From Terriglobia bacterium (GTDB lineage Bacteria > Acidobacteriota > Terriglobia > 20CM-2-55-15), in NCBI GenBank assembly GCA_965198225.1, contig CBDAOY010000009.1, positions 384,001 through 448,000 of the forward strand: a stretch of DNA of 64,000 nucleotides, read 5' to 3'. The notes beneath the pieces were generated by a model, which was given only the letters and a program-made list of their open reading frames with translations, was not told the DNA's origin and searched no databases. Of this stretch, positions 31,918 to 42,462 are shown in pieces. The position numbers and the translations under genes were made by a program. Position 1 is the first letter of the stretch, and the number at the start of each line of letters is the position of its first letter.

Positions 31918-31977
31918 CTAAGTGTCGTTCTCCGCTTCTAAGCTCCGTTCTCGGCTTCTAAGCGTCGTTCTCCGCTT
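31918..31977. repeat. 3 x 20-bp imperfect tandem repeat of the atpA 3' end
   Basis: CTAAGTGTCGTTCTCCGCTT / CTAAGCTCCGTTCTCGGCTT / CTAAGCGTCGTTCTCCGCTT. Confidence 0.85.
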
Positions 31978-33478
31978 TGAAGCGCTCCTTTGCTTCTGTG
32001 AGTGCGGCATCCAATTCCGCTTTCAACTCGTCGTCGAGGATCTTGCGCTCGGTAATGTTGCCTAGCAGTTCGGGCTTGCTGGTCTCGAGGAACCGCAGCA
32101 TCGATTGCTCGAAAGCACCGAGGTCTTCCACGTCCAAATCATCCAGGAACCCGTTGGTGCCTGCGTAAATGATCGCGACCTGTTTGGCCACCGGAAGCGG
32201 GACGTACTGCCCCTGCTTCAGGATCTCCGTCATCCGTTGTCCGCGGGCCAGCTGTGCTTGTGTTGTCTTGTCCAGGTCCGACCCGAACTGGGCAAATGCC
32301 GCGAGCTCCCGGTACTGGGCCAGATCCAGGCGAAGACTTCCCGCAATCTGCCGCATCGCTTTGATCTGGGCGCTGCCACCGACTCGTGACACCGATAGTC
32401 CGACGTTGACCGCAGGCCGGATGCCCGAGTTGAACAGGTCGGCTTCCAGGTAGATCTGTCCGTCGGTGATCGAAATAACATTCGTGGGGATGTACGCTGC
32501 CACGTCTCCGGCCTGCGTCTCGATCACGGGCAGGGCCGTTAACGACCCGCCACCGTTCTCGGCGTTCAGCTTGGCCGCACGCTCCAGAAGTCGCGAGTGG
32601 AGATAGAAGACATCTCCCGGATACGCCTCGCGGCCCGGTGGGCGACGCAGAAGGAGCGAAATCTCACGGTATGCGGCGGCGTGCTTTGAGAGATCGTCGT
32701 AGACGCACAGCACGTGCTGAGCGTTGTCCCTGAAATATTCGCCGATCGCGCAGCCGGCATATGGAGCGAGGAACTGCATCGGCGCCGGATCGCTGGCCGA
32801 AGCCGACACCACGATGGTGTATTCCATCGCACCGGCATCCTCGAGAGTCTTGATCACCTGAGCGACGGTCGATCGCTTCTGACCGATCGCTACGTAGATG
32901 CAGATGACGTCCAGGCCCTTCTGGTTGATGATCGTGTCGATCGCGACCGCGGTCTTGCCGGTCTGGCGGTCCCCGATGATCAACTCCCGCTGGCCTCGAC
33001 CGATCGGAATCATGGAATCGATCGGCTTCAGCCCGGTCTGCAGCGGTTCTTTCACGGGCTGTCGATCGATGACTCCCGGAGCGATTCGCTCGATCGGACT
33101 GTGTTCGTCGGTCGTAATCGCGCCCTTGCCGTCGATCGGATCGGCCAGGGCATTGACGACACGCCCGATGAGGCTGTTGCCGACCGGAACCTCCATGATT
33201 CGTCCGGTTCTCTTGACTTGATCACCTTCGCGAATCTTGCTCGCCTCGCCCAGCAGAACCACGCCGACCTGGGCTTCTTCCAGGTTCAGCGCCAGACCCA
33301 TCACCCCGTGCGGGAACTCCAGAAGTTCGCCGGCCATCGCCTTCTCGAGGCCGTATACACGGGCGATGCCGTCGCCGACTGAAATAACGCTGCCGACTTC
33401 ACTGATCTCCAGGCCCGGGCGGTATTCTTCGATCTGTTCGCGTATGATCTTGCTGATCTCTTCTGCCTTGATGTCCAT
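31958..33478 (-). CDS. atpA: ATP synthase F1 alpha subunit
   Basis: [32 protein letters not shown]. Confidence 0.98.
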   Translation of the reverse strand: MDIKAEEISKIIREQIEEYRPGLEISEVGSVISVGDGIARVYGLEKAMAGELLEFPHGVMGLALNLEEAQVGVVLLGEASKIREGDQVKRTGRIMEVPVGNSLIGRVVNALADPIDGKGAITTDEHSPIERIAPGVIDRQPVKEPLQTGLKPIDSMIPIGRGQRELIIGDRQTGKTAVAIDTIINQKGLDVICIYVAIGQKRSTVAQVIKTLEDAGAMEYTIVVSASASDPAPMQFLAPYAGCAIGEYFRDNAQHVLCVYDDLSKHAAAYREISLLLRRPPGREAYPGDVFYLHSRLLERAAKLNAENGGGSLTALPVIETQAGDVAAYIPTNVISITDGQIYLEADLFNSGIRPAVNVGLSVSRVGGSAQIKAMRQIAGSLRLDLAQYRELAAFAQFGSDLDKTTQAQLARGQRMTEILKQGQYVPLPVAKQVAIIYAGTNGFLDDLDVEDLGAFEQSMLRFLETSKPELLGNITERKILDDELKAELDAALTEAKERFKAENDA

Positions 33479-33527
33479 GTCACTCCACTCGATTCAGATG
33501 TCGGTTTTCCCTCAGACGACCGATCGG

Positions 33528-34058
33528 TTACCCCGCCAAAAGCCGATCTTTGAACCCACGCAACTGCTGCCTGACGGAACCGTCGTAAACCGTACTCCCG
33601 ATACGGACGATCACCCCGCCAATCAATGAGGAATCCTGCTCCACTTCCATTTCGATGCTCTTCACCGTGGTCCTTTCCAGCCGATCGGAAATCGCGGCAC
33701 GTTCCGACTCTGACAAGGGCGCAGCAGCGGTGACCACGGCCCTTACCGTTCCGGTGCGCTCATCCAGGAGCTTCTGATACGCCTCGATGACGTCATCCAG
33801 AACCGCCAGCCGCCGCCGCTCAACGAGCAGGCCCAGCAGTCTCCGCACCCGGACGTCGAAGCCAAGGGATCGGGCGAGCGCACCGAGGAATGCCTCTCGG
33901 CGTTCAGGTGGTATGACCGGGTTCATCAATAACTTACGAGCATCCTCATCTTCGAGAACGTTCGCAAACCCACGCAGCTGGTCCAAGCCGGCCACCATGT
34001 GGTCCGGGGCCAAGGCGTCAATCAGCGCCCGCGCATATCGGCTTGCTACTACGGCCAT
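33528..34058 (-). CDS. atpH: ATP synthase F1 delta subunit
   Basis: True start MAVVASRYARAL at 34058; D.SLIGGVIVRIGSTVYDGS. Confidence 0.93.
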   Translation of the reverse strand: MAVVASRYARALIDALAPDHMVAGLDQLRGFANVLEDEDARKLLMNPVIPPERREAFLGALARSLGFDVRVRRLLGLLVERRRLAVLDDVIEAYQKLLDERTGTVRAVVTAAAPLSESERAAISDRLERTTVKSIEMEVEQDSSLIGGVIVRIGSTVYDGSVRQQLRGFKDRLLAG

Positions 34059-34060
34059 AG

Positions 34061-34642
34061 TTATATTTCGGCGATGGCCCGGCTGACGATTCGCCTCTGT
34101 GCGTCTTCCGAGATCTGCGTCCGCAGTCGCGCGGTGGCGCCATCGATGACGAGGTCGGCCAGGTGGGCCCGAATTTCCTGCTCGAACCCTCGCGCCAGAC
34201 GTTCGATCTCCGCCCTGGACTGTTCCATAGCGCGATCGACTTCGAGTTTCCCGTCGGCGACGATACGGGCGCGCTCGGTCTCGGCCGACGCTCTCGCATC
34301 CTCTTGAATTTGAGCGGCTTCCGCCGAAAGCTGAGCCAGGCGGGCCTCGATCTCGGCAAGCCTGCGGTCCGATTCCTCCTGGGCCTTCCGGGCCCGGCCC
34401 AGTCCGTCCTGGATCGCGTGCCGCCGGGCTTCGAAGAACTCGGATGCCGGCTGACGCAGCAGGTAGCCCAACCCTCCGAAAAGGACCAGAACATTCAGCC
34501 ACCGGAACACGACATCCAGGACGCTACCGTGCTCCTCCTCGGCACCTTCGGCCTCGGGAGCGCCGGCGTCTTCCTGGGCCCATACCGTACCGATGCCAAG
34601 CAACAGTCCGAGCAGCAGGACCGCCAAGAACGTTTTCTTCAT
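34061..34642 (-). CDS. atpF: ATP synthase F0 subunit b
   Basis: TM segment followed by an E/R/A coiled coil; operon position. Confidence 0.88.
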   Translation of the reverse strand: MKKTFLAVLLLGLLLGIGTVWAQEDAGAPEAEGAEEEHGSVLDVVFRWLNVLVLFGGLGYLLRQPASEFFEARRHAIQDGLGRARKAQEESDRRLAEIEARLAQLSAEAAQIQEDARASAETERARIVADGKLEVDRAMEQSRAEIERLARGFEQEIRAHLADLVIDGATARLRTQISEDAQRRIVSRAIAEI

Positions 34643-35070
34643 CGGCTTTGATCCTGAAGGAGGGTTTCAGACAATCGGGTGGCGAGGGCCTCGATCTCGC
34701 TTTCGAGGCGTTTCTTGGCGTCGGTGGTCTCGGTACCGAGCCTGGTTCGGGCCTCGTCGATCAGCTTTTCGGCTTCCTCACGCGTTTCGGCCAGGAGGCG
34801 AGCTCTCTCGTCGAGCGCGCCCTCACGGAGGGTCTCCTGGTACCGATATGCCTCGGACCGGGCCTCGCGGATCGCGGCCTCGTACTCCGCGGTCTTCTTT
34901 TCCACTTCTGCGATTCTGCTCTGGGCTCGCTCCAGCCGACCTTCGATCGCGGCCCGGCGTTCCTGCAGAATTTTCGTTACGGGGCCGAAGAAAAACTTCG
35001 AAAGGAAAACGTAGAGCACGCCGACGTAGAGGATAGTCACCAGGATCGAGAACGGGTCCAGATCAATCAT
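34639..35070 (-). CDS. ATP synthase F0 subunit b'
   Basis: TM segment, FFGPVTKILQER, coiled coil; first gene of the operon. Confidence 0.85.
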   Translation of the reverse strand: MIDLDPFSILVTILYVGVLYVFLSKFFFGPVTKILQERRAAIEGRLERAQSRIAEVEKKTAEYEAAIREARSEAYRYQETLREGALDERARLLAETREEAEKLIDEARTRLGTETTDAKKRLESEIEALATRLSETLLQDQSR

Positions 35071-35131
35071 CGTTTAGATGGTGGGAACGATTCTACGAAA
35101 GAGAGCGATTCGTCTTGACAGTAAACGAGTT

Positions 35132-35160
35132 AGCTTAACAAAGCCGGTATGGGGTGTCAA
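35132..35160 (-). promoter_or_regulatory. sigma70 promoter of the atp operon
   Basis: Minus strand TTGACA-17 bp-TAAGCT with an extended TG. Confidence 0.6.
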
Positions 35161-35277
35161 GGCCTCCGAGGGCTTCCGGAGGCCCTGAAACCGGGCGTTT
35201 GAGGCATTTCGGGGTTCGGTTTTCTCCGAAAACGGAACGGGTCTTCCTCAGGTCGAGGCGGAGTGTGTGTCGGCGAT

Positions 35278-36306
35278 TTAATGGACTTCGAGAAGCGCGC
35301 CTGAGATCTCGCCCGCCTGGCCGATCTCTGCGGCCAGGACGCCGGCTGCGCCAAGCCGCAGTATAAGTTCTTCAGCGTCGGCTTCGGGAGCGAAGACCAG
35401 CAACCCGCCCGAGGTCTGGGGGTCAAAAAGCAAGTTGCGGTAGTCCTCCGAGACACCCCCTGCCCACTCGACGTCGCCGGAGAAGAACTCGCGATTGTTC
35501 TTAAGGCCACCAGCGCAGAACCCGCGGGCGCTGTACTGGAGCGCACCGTCCAGGATGGGCACGCGAGCGTGGTCGAATTCGATCGTCAGCTTGCTCGCCC
35601 GGGCCACTTCCAGGGCGTGGCCGAGCAACCCGAAACCGGTGACGTCGGTCATCGCGCGCACGGCGGACCCGTGAATCGCCTCGGCCGCGGCACGGTTCGT
35701 TTCCACCATAACGCGGCTGGCTGCTTCAACGTGGGCCTCCTCGGCCTCACCATTCTTCAGGGCAGTGGCGATCAGCCCGGTACCAAGGGGTTTTGTAAGG
35801 AACACGCGATCGCCGACCGATGCGTTCTTGTTCTGTCGAATATCCTGGGGATCGATGGTGCCCGTCACCGCATAGCCGAACTTCACCTCGTCGTCCTTCA
35901 CCGAATGGCCGCCCATCAGGGCGACTCCCGATTCGTTCAGCTTGTCCAGGCCGCCCGCCATGATGTCGCGGAGCGTGGCTGGCTCAGCGCTCTTTGAAGG
36001 GAAGCCGACGATTGCCAGTGCGGTCAGTGGCTTACCGCCCATCGCGTAGATGTCGCTGAGCGCGTTGGCGGCCGCTATCTGTCCAAAAACAAAGGGATCG
36101 TCGACGATAGGAGAGAAGAAGTCCACGGTATGCACAAGCGCCAGGTCTTCGGTGAGTTGATACACTCCGGCGTCGTCGGCTCCCTCGAAGCCTACCAGGA
36201 TTTCCGGTATTGTCTGCCGCGGCATTGTCTTGAGCGCCTGGTCCAAGTCCCTTGGACTCAACTTACCCGCTCAACCTGCAGATTTAGCTAGATCCGTAAG
36301 CCTCAT
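35278..36306 (-). CDS. selD: Selenide, water dikinase, selenocysteine-containing (UGA at codon 12)
   Basis: From ATG 36306 the gene reads MRLTDLAKSAG-TGA-AGKLSP. Downstream motifs: DDAGVY, TVDFF, AANALSDIYAMGG, TDVTGFGLLGH, DPQTSGGLL. Confidence 0.93.
36241..36257 (-). promoter_or_regulatory. Putative bacterial SECIS hairpin
   Basis: GTCCAAG-gga-CTTGGAC begins 13 nt after the in-frame UGA (36271-36273) and has G in the apical loop. Confidence 0.7.
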
Positions 36307-36697
36307 CCACTCCCTCGAGTTCGGTTTTGCCGGCGTTCGCGTTGTCGTCTTTCTCGGCCACGGCCATACGGCACCGGCCGTCGAACGTCCCTCCGGCCTC
36401 AATGACGATGATCGGCGTTCTCACGTCGGCGTTCAGTCGGCCCGTCGAATGAATCTCGACACGGCGTTTCGCGTCGATACTTCCCGATGCGTGGCCCTGC
36501 ACTTCAAGCTCGCCGGCATTGATATCAGCGTGAACGACCGCGTTCAGGCCAACGACCAGAACGCCGCTGGTTTCGATGGATCCGTAGAAATTCCCGTCGA
36601 TTCGCAGGGCTCCGGAGAAGTGCAGCTCACCGGTGGCTGCCGTTCCCCGGTCCAGGAATCCGGCGATCTCTTCCGACGAGACCTTGCGGCGACGCAT
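36284..36697 (-). CDS. Bactofilin (polymer-forming cytoskeletal protein)
   Basis: GELHFSGALRIDGNFYG...IEAGGTFDGRCRM beta-helix repeats. Confidence 0.85.
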   Translation of the reverse strand: MRRRKVSSEEIAGFLDRGTAATGELHFSGALRIDGNFYGSIETSGVLVVGLNAVVHADINAGELEVQGHASGSIDAKRRVEIHSTGRLNADVRTPIIVIEAGGTFDGRCRMAVAEKDDNANAGKTELEGVDEAYGSS

Positions 36698-36718
36698 GGG
36701 GCTCCTCCTGGGCCGATG

Positions 36719-37573
36719 TCAGAACCGCGCCTGAAGAAGTCCATTGTAAAGTCGATCCCGTTCTTCGGGCGAATGAAAGTGAATCTCGATTTTGCCCCGT
36801 CCACCTGCTTGTCGGATGGCCACTTTAGTTCCGAGCGCTCGCTCCAGTGCGGTCTGGGCCGCACGCACATTCGGATCTTCGACGCGCTCGGTTTTCTTCG
36901 AACCGGACTTCTTAACGGGCTGTGCGACGAGCGCTTCGGCCTGGCGGACCGAGTAGTTTTCCCGGATCATTTCACGTGCGGCGTCGACGATGGCATCGGC
37001 CCCGGAAAGGGACAGGAGCGCCTTGGCGTGACCGGCGGTAAGGCGTTCTTCCAGAAGCCATTGTTGCACTTCTCCGGGCAGTTTGAGCAGGCGGAGCAGG
37101 TTGGCGACTCCGGCCCGGCTCTTGCCCACACGGCGGGCTATCTCCTCCTGAGTCATGCCAAACTCCGACAACAGTCGTTGATAGGCGCTCGCCTGGTCGA
37201 TCGGGTTGATGCTTTCCCTCTGGACGTTCTCGACGAGCGCCAGCTCCAGCGCCTGCTGTTCTTCCGCCTCCCGGACGAGCGCGGGAATTCGAATGAGGCC
37301 GGCCCGCTGTGCCGCCCTCCACCGCCGCTCCCCGGCAACGATCTGGAACACGCCGTCCTGAAGCGAGCGAACCACGATCGGCTGGACGATTCCATGCGTC
37401 CGGATAGAAACCGCCAACTCATCTAACTTGCTGTCGTCAAACGATTTGCGTGGCTGATTGCTGTTCGGAATGATTCGGTCGACGTCGATTTCACGTAAGC
37501 GATCGGATTCAAGATCGGGTGTGCCGAGCAGCGCGCTCAACCCCCGGCCTAAAGCCTTTCTCTGCCCGGGCAT
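36719..37573 (-). CDS. parB: Chromosome partitioning protein ParB
   Basis: ALGRGLSALL, NQPRK, GERRWRAA, ENVQRE, HTH. Confidence 0.95.
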   Translation of the reverse strand: MPGQRKALGRGLSALLGTPDLESDRLREIDVDRIIPNSNQPRKSFDDSKLDELAVSIRTHGIVQPIVVRSLQDGVFQIVAGERRWRAAQRAGLIRIPALVREAEEQQALELALVENVQRESINPIDQASAYQRLLSEFGMTQEEIARRVGKSRAGVANLLRLLKLPGEVQQWLLEERLTAGHAKALLSLSGADAIVDAAREMIRENYSVRQAEALVAQPVKKSGSKKTERVEDPNVRAAQTALERALGTKVAIRQAGGRGKIEIHFHSPEERDRLYNGLLQARF

Positions 37574-38324
37574 TGATGACCTCCTTCGCTAGCCGGATGT
37601 AGCTCTCCGCACCTTTGGACTTGATGTCGTAGAGCAGTATCGGCTGGCCGTAGCTTGGGGCTTCGCCAAGCCGAACGTTTCTCGGGATTCTCGTAGAAAA
37701 CAGCTGGGACCCGAAAAAGGACTTCAGGTCGGCGTGAACCTGCTGTGCGAGGTTCGTTCGCTCGTCGAACATCGTGACCAGAACCCCCTCGATATCGAGG
37801 TCCGGGTTCCGCTGTCGACGGATCTGGCGAATCGTCTCTACGAGCTCGGAGATGCCCTCGAGGGCGAAATACTCGCATTGAATCGGAATCAGAATGCTGT
37901 CCGCAGCCACTAAAGCATTGACGGTAAGGATATCGAGCGACGGAGGGCAGTCAATCAGGACGAAGTCGTAGTCGCTTGCAACCGGCCCCAATAGCTCGCG
38001 CAGATGGCGATCACGCCCCTCTTCCTGTGCCAGTTCGACGGTAACACCAACGAGTTCCCTGCTGGCGGGAGCCAGAAACAGCGACTCCAGCTCCGTCGGG
38101 AGCAGAATCGACTCCAGGGGTTCCCCAAATACCATCGAGTGGTAAGTCGAACGCTCGAATGAATCCTTCCGCACGCCGAGCCCGGAAGTCGCGTTTGCCT
38201 GTGGATCCAGATCGACCAGGAGCGTCCGCATGTCCGCGGCCGCCAATGACGCAGCCAGGTTGATGGCCGTCGTGGTCTTTCCAACGCCACCCTTCTGATT
38301 CGATATGGCGATGATTCTTCCCAT
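37509..38324 (-). CDS. parA: Chromosome partitioning ATPase ParA/Soj
   Basis: NQKGGVGKTT, DLDPQAN, DCPP, EAPSYG. Confidence 0.95.
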   Translation of the reverse strand: MGRIIAISNQKGGVGKTTTAINLAASLAAADMRTLLVDLDPQANATSGLGVRKDSFERSTYHSMVFGEPLESILLPTELESLFLAPASRELVGVTVELAQEEGRDRHLRELLGPVASDYDFVLIDCPPSLDILTVNALVAADSILIPIQCEYFALEGISELVETIRQIRRQRNPDLDIEGVLVTMFDERTNLAQQVHADLKSFFGSQLFSTRIPRNVRLGEAPSYGQPILLYDIKSKGAESYIRLAKEVINARAEKGFRPGVERAARHTRS

Positions 38325-38376
38325 ACTGGGCGGAATGTACCACAGGAACCGCTGTTATTGCGCCCCAGAACAGCGA

Positions 38377-38392
38377 TGTTCCACGTGGAACA
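38377..38392. promoter_or_regulatory. parS centromere site
   Basis: Perfect palindrome TGTTCCACGTGGAACA upstream of parA. Confidence 0.92.
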
Positions 38393-38522
38393 ATCTCTCC
38401 TGTCTTAGACCTCCTAGACCCCCTTTTTCGGAGCCCGTCGAGCAAAAATCCCTCCGCGGAGCCCAAAATGGAAGATCTATTCCCTGAATCGTCTCTCCTG
38501 GAGGCGCCAGAACAGGTCCGGT

Positions 38523-39113
38523 CTACGCGAAGCTAAATACCAAGGCTGAGCGATCTGAACCGGGTATTTCGAGGCAGGCCTGCGGCATTGTGGGCCTTTC
38601 GGCGCTGCCCGTAAGCCATACAAGGCGTGTGTTCTCCCCAGCTACGGACCGGATCCGCTCAAATAGCTCCGGCCCCAGCCGTAGACCCTGGAGCGTCACC
38701 CAGTCGGGAGGTTCGAGCGACGGAGCGATCTGCTCGAATCGGCCCTGTTTAACCACGATCTCGGAGTGCCCGAGCGTTCCGACCAGCCGGTGCAGGAAGG
38801 TCGCCCGGCGTCGACGGGCCTCTACGAGCGTGGCGCTCGCGAAGCTGCAGGCGAGATGCCAGGGGATCGATGGCGAGCCGTTTCCGGAACCGATGTCCAG
38901 ATACCGACCGGTCGGTGTGAGTTGGCGGGCCACCCACAGCGGTTCGGCAATGAGGCGGCGGATCCGGATCGAACCGGCCAGGGAGGTCAGGTTCATCGCC
39001 CGATTCCAGCGGTCCAGCTCTCCCAGATAGGTAGCGACGAGGAGTTCGGTTTCTTCTGGAAGGGAGATTCCCAGCCTGCGGAGCTCTTCCCTGATGGCGT
39101 CGGGGGTGGTCAC
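38523..39113 (-). CDS. rsmG: 16S rRNA m7G527 methyltransferase RsmG (divergent)
   Basis: WNRAMNLTS, LDIGSGNGSP, LVEARRRRATFL; located between mnmG and parA. Confidence 0.8.
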   Translation of the reverse strand: MTTPDAIREELRRLGISLPEETELLVATYLGELDRWNRAMNLTSLAGSIRIRRLIAEPLWVARQLTPTGRYLDIGSGNGSPSIPWHLACSFASATLVEARRRRATFLHRLVGTLGHSEIVVKQGRFEQIAPSLEPPDWVTLQGLRLGPELFERIRSVAGENTRLVWLTGSAERPTMPQACLEIPGSDRSALVFSFA

Positions 39114-39119
39114 CCTATC

Positions 39120-41054
39120 TCAGCTTATGGCAGCGGCGTCCGAGGGCGGCCGGCCTTCGGGGGCATCAGCGGCCTCGCCTCGCTTGCGGCGCATCCCCAG
39201 ATGGAGCAGGATGATCGAGAGTGCCGCCGGGGTGATACCGGGAATGCGGCTGGCCTGACCCATGGATCGCGGGCGCACGCGGGTCAGTTTCTCCACGATC
39301 TCTCCAGACAGGCCGGGCATCCGTGTGAAGTCGAGGTTGTCGGGCAGCGCACGGGCGTCGGCGTTCTTCAGTCTCTGGATCTGGCGCTCCTGTTGCTGCA
39401 GGTAGCCTTCGTACTTGATTGCGGTCTCGACCGAAGCCAGGTCCTCCGGCCTCAAGTCGCCGGTGGAGACAAGGCCGGCCTCCGCCAGGTCCTTCAGCCG
39501 AACCTCGGGACGCCTCAAGAGGCTATGCAGGGTGGGACGATCCCGCAAGCGTATCCCCCGCGCCTGAAAGAAGGGGTGCGCCGGCTCGACACGCTTCTCC
39601 CTGACCTGGGCCCCGAGCCGATCGATCCTCTCCCGGCGTCGACAGAACAGATCCCAATGGCTGTCATCGACCAGGCCGACCTGGCGCCCGATCGGTGTCA
39701 GGCGGAGGTCGGCGTTGTCGATCCGCAGGTTCAGGCGGAACTCCGCGCGGGAGGTGAACATGCGGTAGGGTTCTTCGGTGCCTTTCGTGATGAGGTCGTC
39801 GATCATAATGCCAATATAACCCTGCGATCGGTCCAGGATAACCAGGTCTTCCTTACGGACAAGCCTGGCGGCGTTGATGCCCGCCATCAATCCCTGTGCG
39901 CCGGCTTCTTCGTATCCAGTGGTCCCGTTGATCTGGCCGGCAAAGAACAGCGCCTGGTGGCGCTTCGTCTCGAGAGACGCCTGAAGTTCGGTCGGCTGGA
40001 TGAAGTCGTACTCGATGGCGTATCCGGGACGGACCATCGCCGCAGACTCTAATCCCTTGATATTGCTCAAGATTTCTCTCTGGACATCGATTGGCAGGCT
40101 GGTCGACATGCCGTTGACATAGACCTCGTGGGTGTCGAGCCCTTCCGGCTCCAGCACGACCTGGTGGTGCTCGCGGTCCGCAAACTTGACGACCTTGTCT
40201 TCGATCGACGGACAATATCGCGGACCAAGTCCCTTGATCTGGCCGCTGTAGAGCGGAGACCGGTCCATGTTTTTCCGGATCAGCTCGTGGATAGCGGTGT
40301 TCGTTTGGGTGATGTAACAGGAGATCTTGTTCTCCAGAGATCGGTCGGTCCGAAACGAGAACGGGGTCGGCGCCACGTCGCCGGGCTGGGGTTCAAACGC
40401 TTTGAAGTCGATCGTCCGGCCGTCGAGGCGGGGCGGGGTGCCGGTCTTCAAGCGACCGCAGTCGAAGCCCAGATCGCGGATCGAGTTACCCAAAGCAATG
40501 GCGGCGGGCTCTCCGCTACGGCCCGACGTGAATTGTTTCTCGCCGATGTGAATCAGGCCGTTCAGGAAGGTGCCGGTTGTCAATACGGTCGCCGCCGCGC
40601 CGACCCTGCGGCCGTCGAGCAGCTCTATTCCCGAGGCCCGGGCATCCTCGAAAATCAACCCGGTGACTTCTGCCTGCTTAATGTGGAGATTTGCGATCTG
40701 CTCCAGCTCTCGGCGCATCTCGTATCGATACCCCGCCTTATCCTCCTGGGCTCGGGGCGACCACACGGCCGGCCCCCGGCTCGTGTTGAGCAGTCGAAAC
40801 TGGATCCCGGCCCGGTCGGCCACCAGACCCATGACTCCGCCAAGCGCGTCGATCTCGCGCACGAGGTGGCCCTTGGCGATCCCTCCAACGGCCGGGTTGC
40901 ACGACATCTGGGCGATCAAATCGACGTTCATCGTGTAGAGCGCAGTCGCCAGCCCCATCCGCGAGGCGGCCGCGGCCGCCTCGCAGCCGGCGTGACCGGC
41001 GCCTACGACGACGACATCGTACGTCTCGTCGAACTGGTTGTGCCTCACACTCAT
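39120..41054 (-). CDS. mnmG: tRNA uridine-5-carboxymethylaminomethyl synthesis enzyme MnmG/GidA
   Basis: [42 protein letters not shown]. Confidence 0.97.
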   Translation of the reverse strand: MSVRHNQFDETYDVVVVGAGHAGCEAAAAASRMGLATALYTMNVDLIAQMSCNPAVGGIAKGHLVREIDALGGVMGLVADRAGIQFRLLNTSRGPAVWSPRAQEDKAGYRYEMRRELEQIANLHIKQAEVTGLIFEDARASGIELLDGRRVGAAATVLTTGTFLNGLIHIGEKQFTSGRSGEPAAIALGNSIRDLGFDCGRLKTGTPPRLDGRTIDFKAFEPQPGDVAPTPFSFRTDRSLENKISCYITQTNTAIHELIRKNMDRSPLYSGQIKGLGPRYCPSIEDKVVKFADREHHQVVLEPEGLDTHEVYVNGMSTSLPIDVQREILSNIKGLESAAMVRPGYAIEYDFIQPTELQASLETKRHQALFFAGQINGTTGYEEAGAQGLMAGINAARLVRKEDLVILDRSQGYIGIMIDDLITKGTEEPYRMFTSRAEFRLNLRIDNADLRLTPIGRQVGLVDDSHWDLFCRRRERIDRLGAQVREKRVEPAHPFFQARGIRLRDRPTLHSLLRRPEVRLKDLAEAGLVSTGDLRPEDLASVETAIKYEGYLQQQERQIQRLKNADARALPDNLDFTRMPGLSGEIVEKLTRVRPRSMGQASRIPGITPAALSIILLHLGMRRKRGEAADAPEGRPPSDAAAIS

Positions 41055-42415
41055 TTGCCGATACAGAATGTCGAGAATATTCGCCCGAGAACGTCTTCGG
41101 TTGCAACCTCTCCCGCCAACTCACCCAGCGCGGTGAGCCCTGCGTACAGGTCCAGCAACACCATTTCATGCGGCACGTCGGCCCGCAGCGCCGAGGACGC
41201 CTGAGCCAGGCTCGAGCGGGCGCGGGTAATCACGTCCTTCTGCCGCGCGCTGGTCACCACTAACGTCTCGGCCCCTGCATGACCGTCGATACGGCTCCGG
41301 ATGGCAGACCGCAACTGTTCCAGCCCTTTTCCGTTCAGGGCACTCATGCGAACGGCGTTCCAACCATCGGCGGAATCCCAGCTGGCCGGCAGGTCCTGCT
41401 TGTTGATAACAACCAGGTGGGGCAACGCCTTCACTCGCTCCAGGACATGGCTGTCGTCGTCGTCCAGGGGGCGGGAGCCGTCGAGTACAACCAGCGTCAG
41501 GTCGGCCTCGGCTACTGTTTCGATCGTGCGATCCACCCCAATTGCCTCGACTTTGTCTGTGGCCTGGCGAACGCCGGCCGTGTCCGCGAAACGGATCGGA
41601 ACGCCGCCCAACTCCACGGTCTCGGTGAGCACATCGCGAGTCGTACCCGGAACTTCCGTCACTATCGCGCGCTCATTGTGCACTAACCTGTTGAAAATAC
41701 TAGACTTACCGACATTGGGCTTGCCGGCAATCGCGAGGCTGAACCCTTCGGCGAGAAGGCGGCCGTACTGGAAGCTGTCTACGAGTACCGACAGTTCCGC
41801 GGTCATCGGTTCCAGGCGTTCCGCGATCAGGGTCCCGCTGGGAATCGGGACGTCGTCTTCGGCAAAATCTATGCCCGCCTCCAGTTCCGCCACGATACCG
41901 AGAAGCGCTTCCTTGTGGGGCTTGATCCTTTTCGCCAGCCCGCCCTCCATCTGGAGCATCGCCGTCCGGGCCTGGGTTCGGGTCTGGGCATCGACGAAGT
42001 CTCGAACGGCCTCGGCCTGGGCGAGGTCCATCTTCCCCGCGGCGACGGCGCGCAAAGTGAATTCCCCGGCGGTGGCACGACGCGCACCGGCTTCAAGCGC
42101 CAGCTCAACGATTCGCTCCAGGACAACGGGGTTCCCGTGTGCGCTGATCTCGACAACATCTTGCCCGGTGTAGGAATGGGGGCCTCGGTAGGTCGTCGCG
42201 ACAACATGGTCGATATGCTCACCGTCGGGCGACCGGAGCGTTCCGTAGCGGGCACGGCGCAGTTCGGTCCCGTCGGTCGAAGTGAAGAATCTGTCGAGAA
42301 TCTCGATCGCGGCCGGTCCGGAGAGTCGGACCACTCCGATGCCCCCCCGACCGGGAGGCGTGGAGACGGCTACGATCGTTTCGTCCGGAGAGCTGAGTTT
42401 CTCGAAGCCCTGCAT
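41051..42415 (-). CDS. mnmE: tRNA modification GTPase MnmE
   Basis: Start near 42415; [38 protein letters not shown]. Confidence 0.95.
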   Translation of the reverse strand: MQGFEKLSSPDETIVAVSTPPGRGGIGVVRLSGPAAIEILDRFFTSTDGTELRRARYGTLRSPDGEHIDHVVATTYRGPHSYTGQDVVEISAHGNPVVLERIVELALEAGARRATAGEFTLRAVAAGKMDLAQAEAVRDFVDAQTRTQARTAMLQMEGGLAKRIKPHKEALLGIVAELEAGIDFAEDDVPIPSGTLIAERLEPMTAELSVLVDSFQYGRLLAEGFSLAIAGKPNVGKSSIFNRLVHNERAIVTEVPGTTRDVLTETVELGGVPIRFADTAGVRQATDKVEAIGVDRTIETVAEADLTLVVLDGSRPLDDDDSHVLERVKALPHLVVINKQDLPASWDSADGWNAVRMSALNGKGLEQLRSAIRSRIDGHAGAETLVVTSARQKDVITRARSSLAQASSALRADVPHEMVLLDLYAGLTALGELAGEVATEDVLGRIFSTFCIGK

Positions 42416-42462
42416 TGGACCTGGTGCCCACCGGTTGGTTCGTCGCCCGGCGGTTGAGGACA

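Noticed and set aside
33528-34502. 324-aa ORF in the track
   Set aside because: AtpH starts at 34058. The extension overlaps atpF out of frame.
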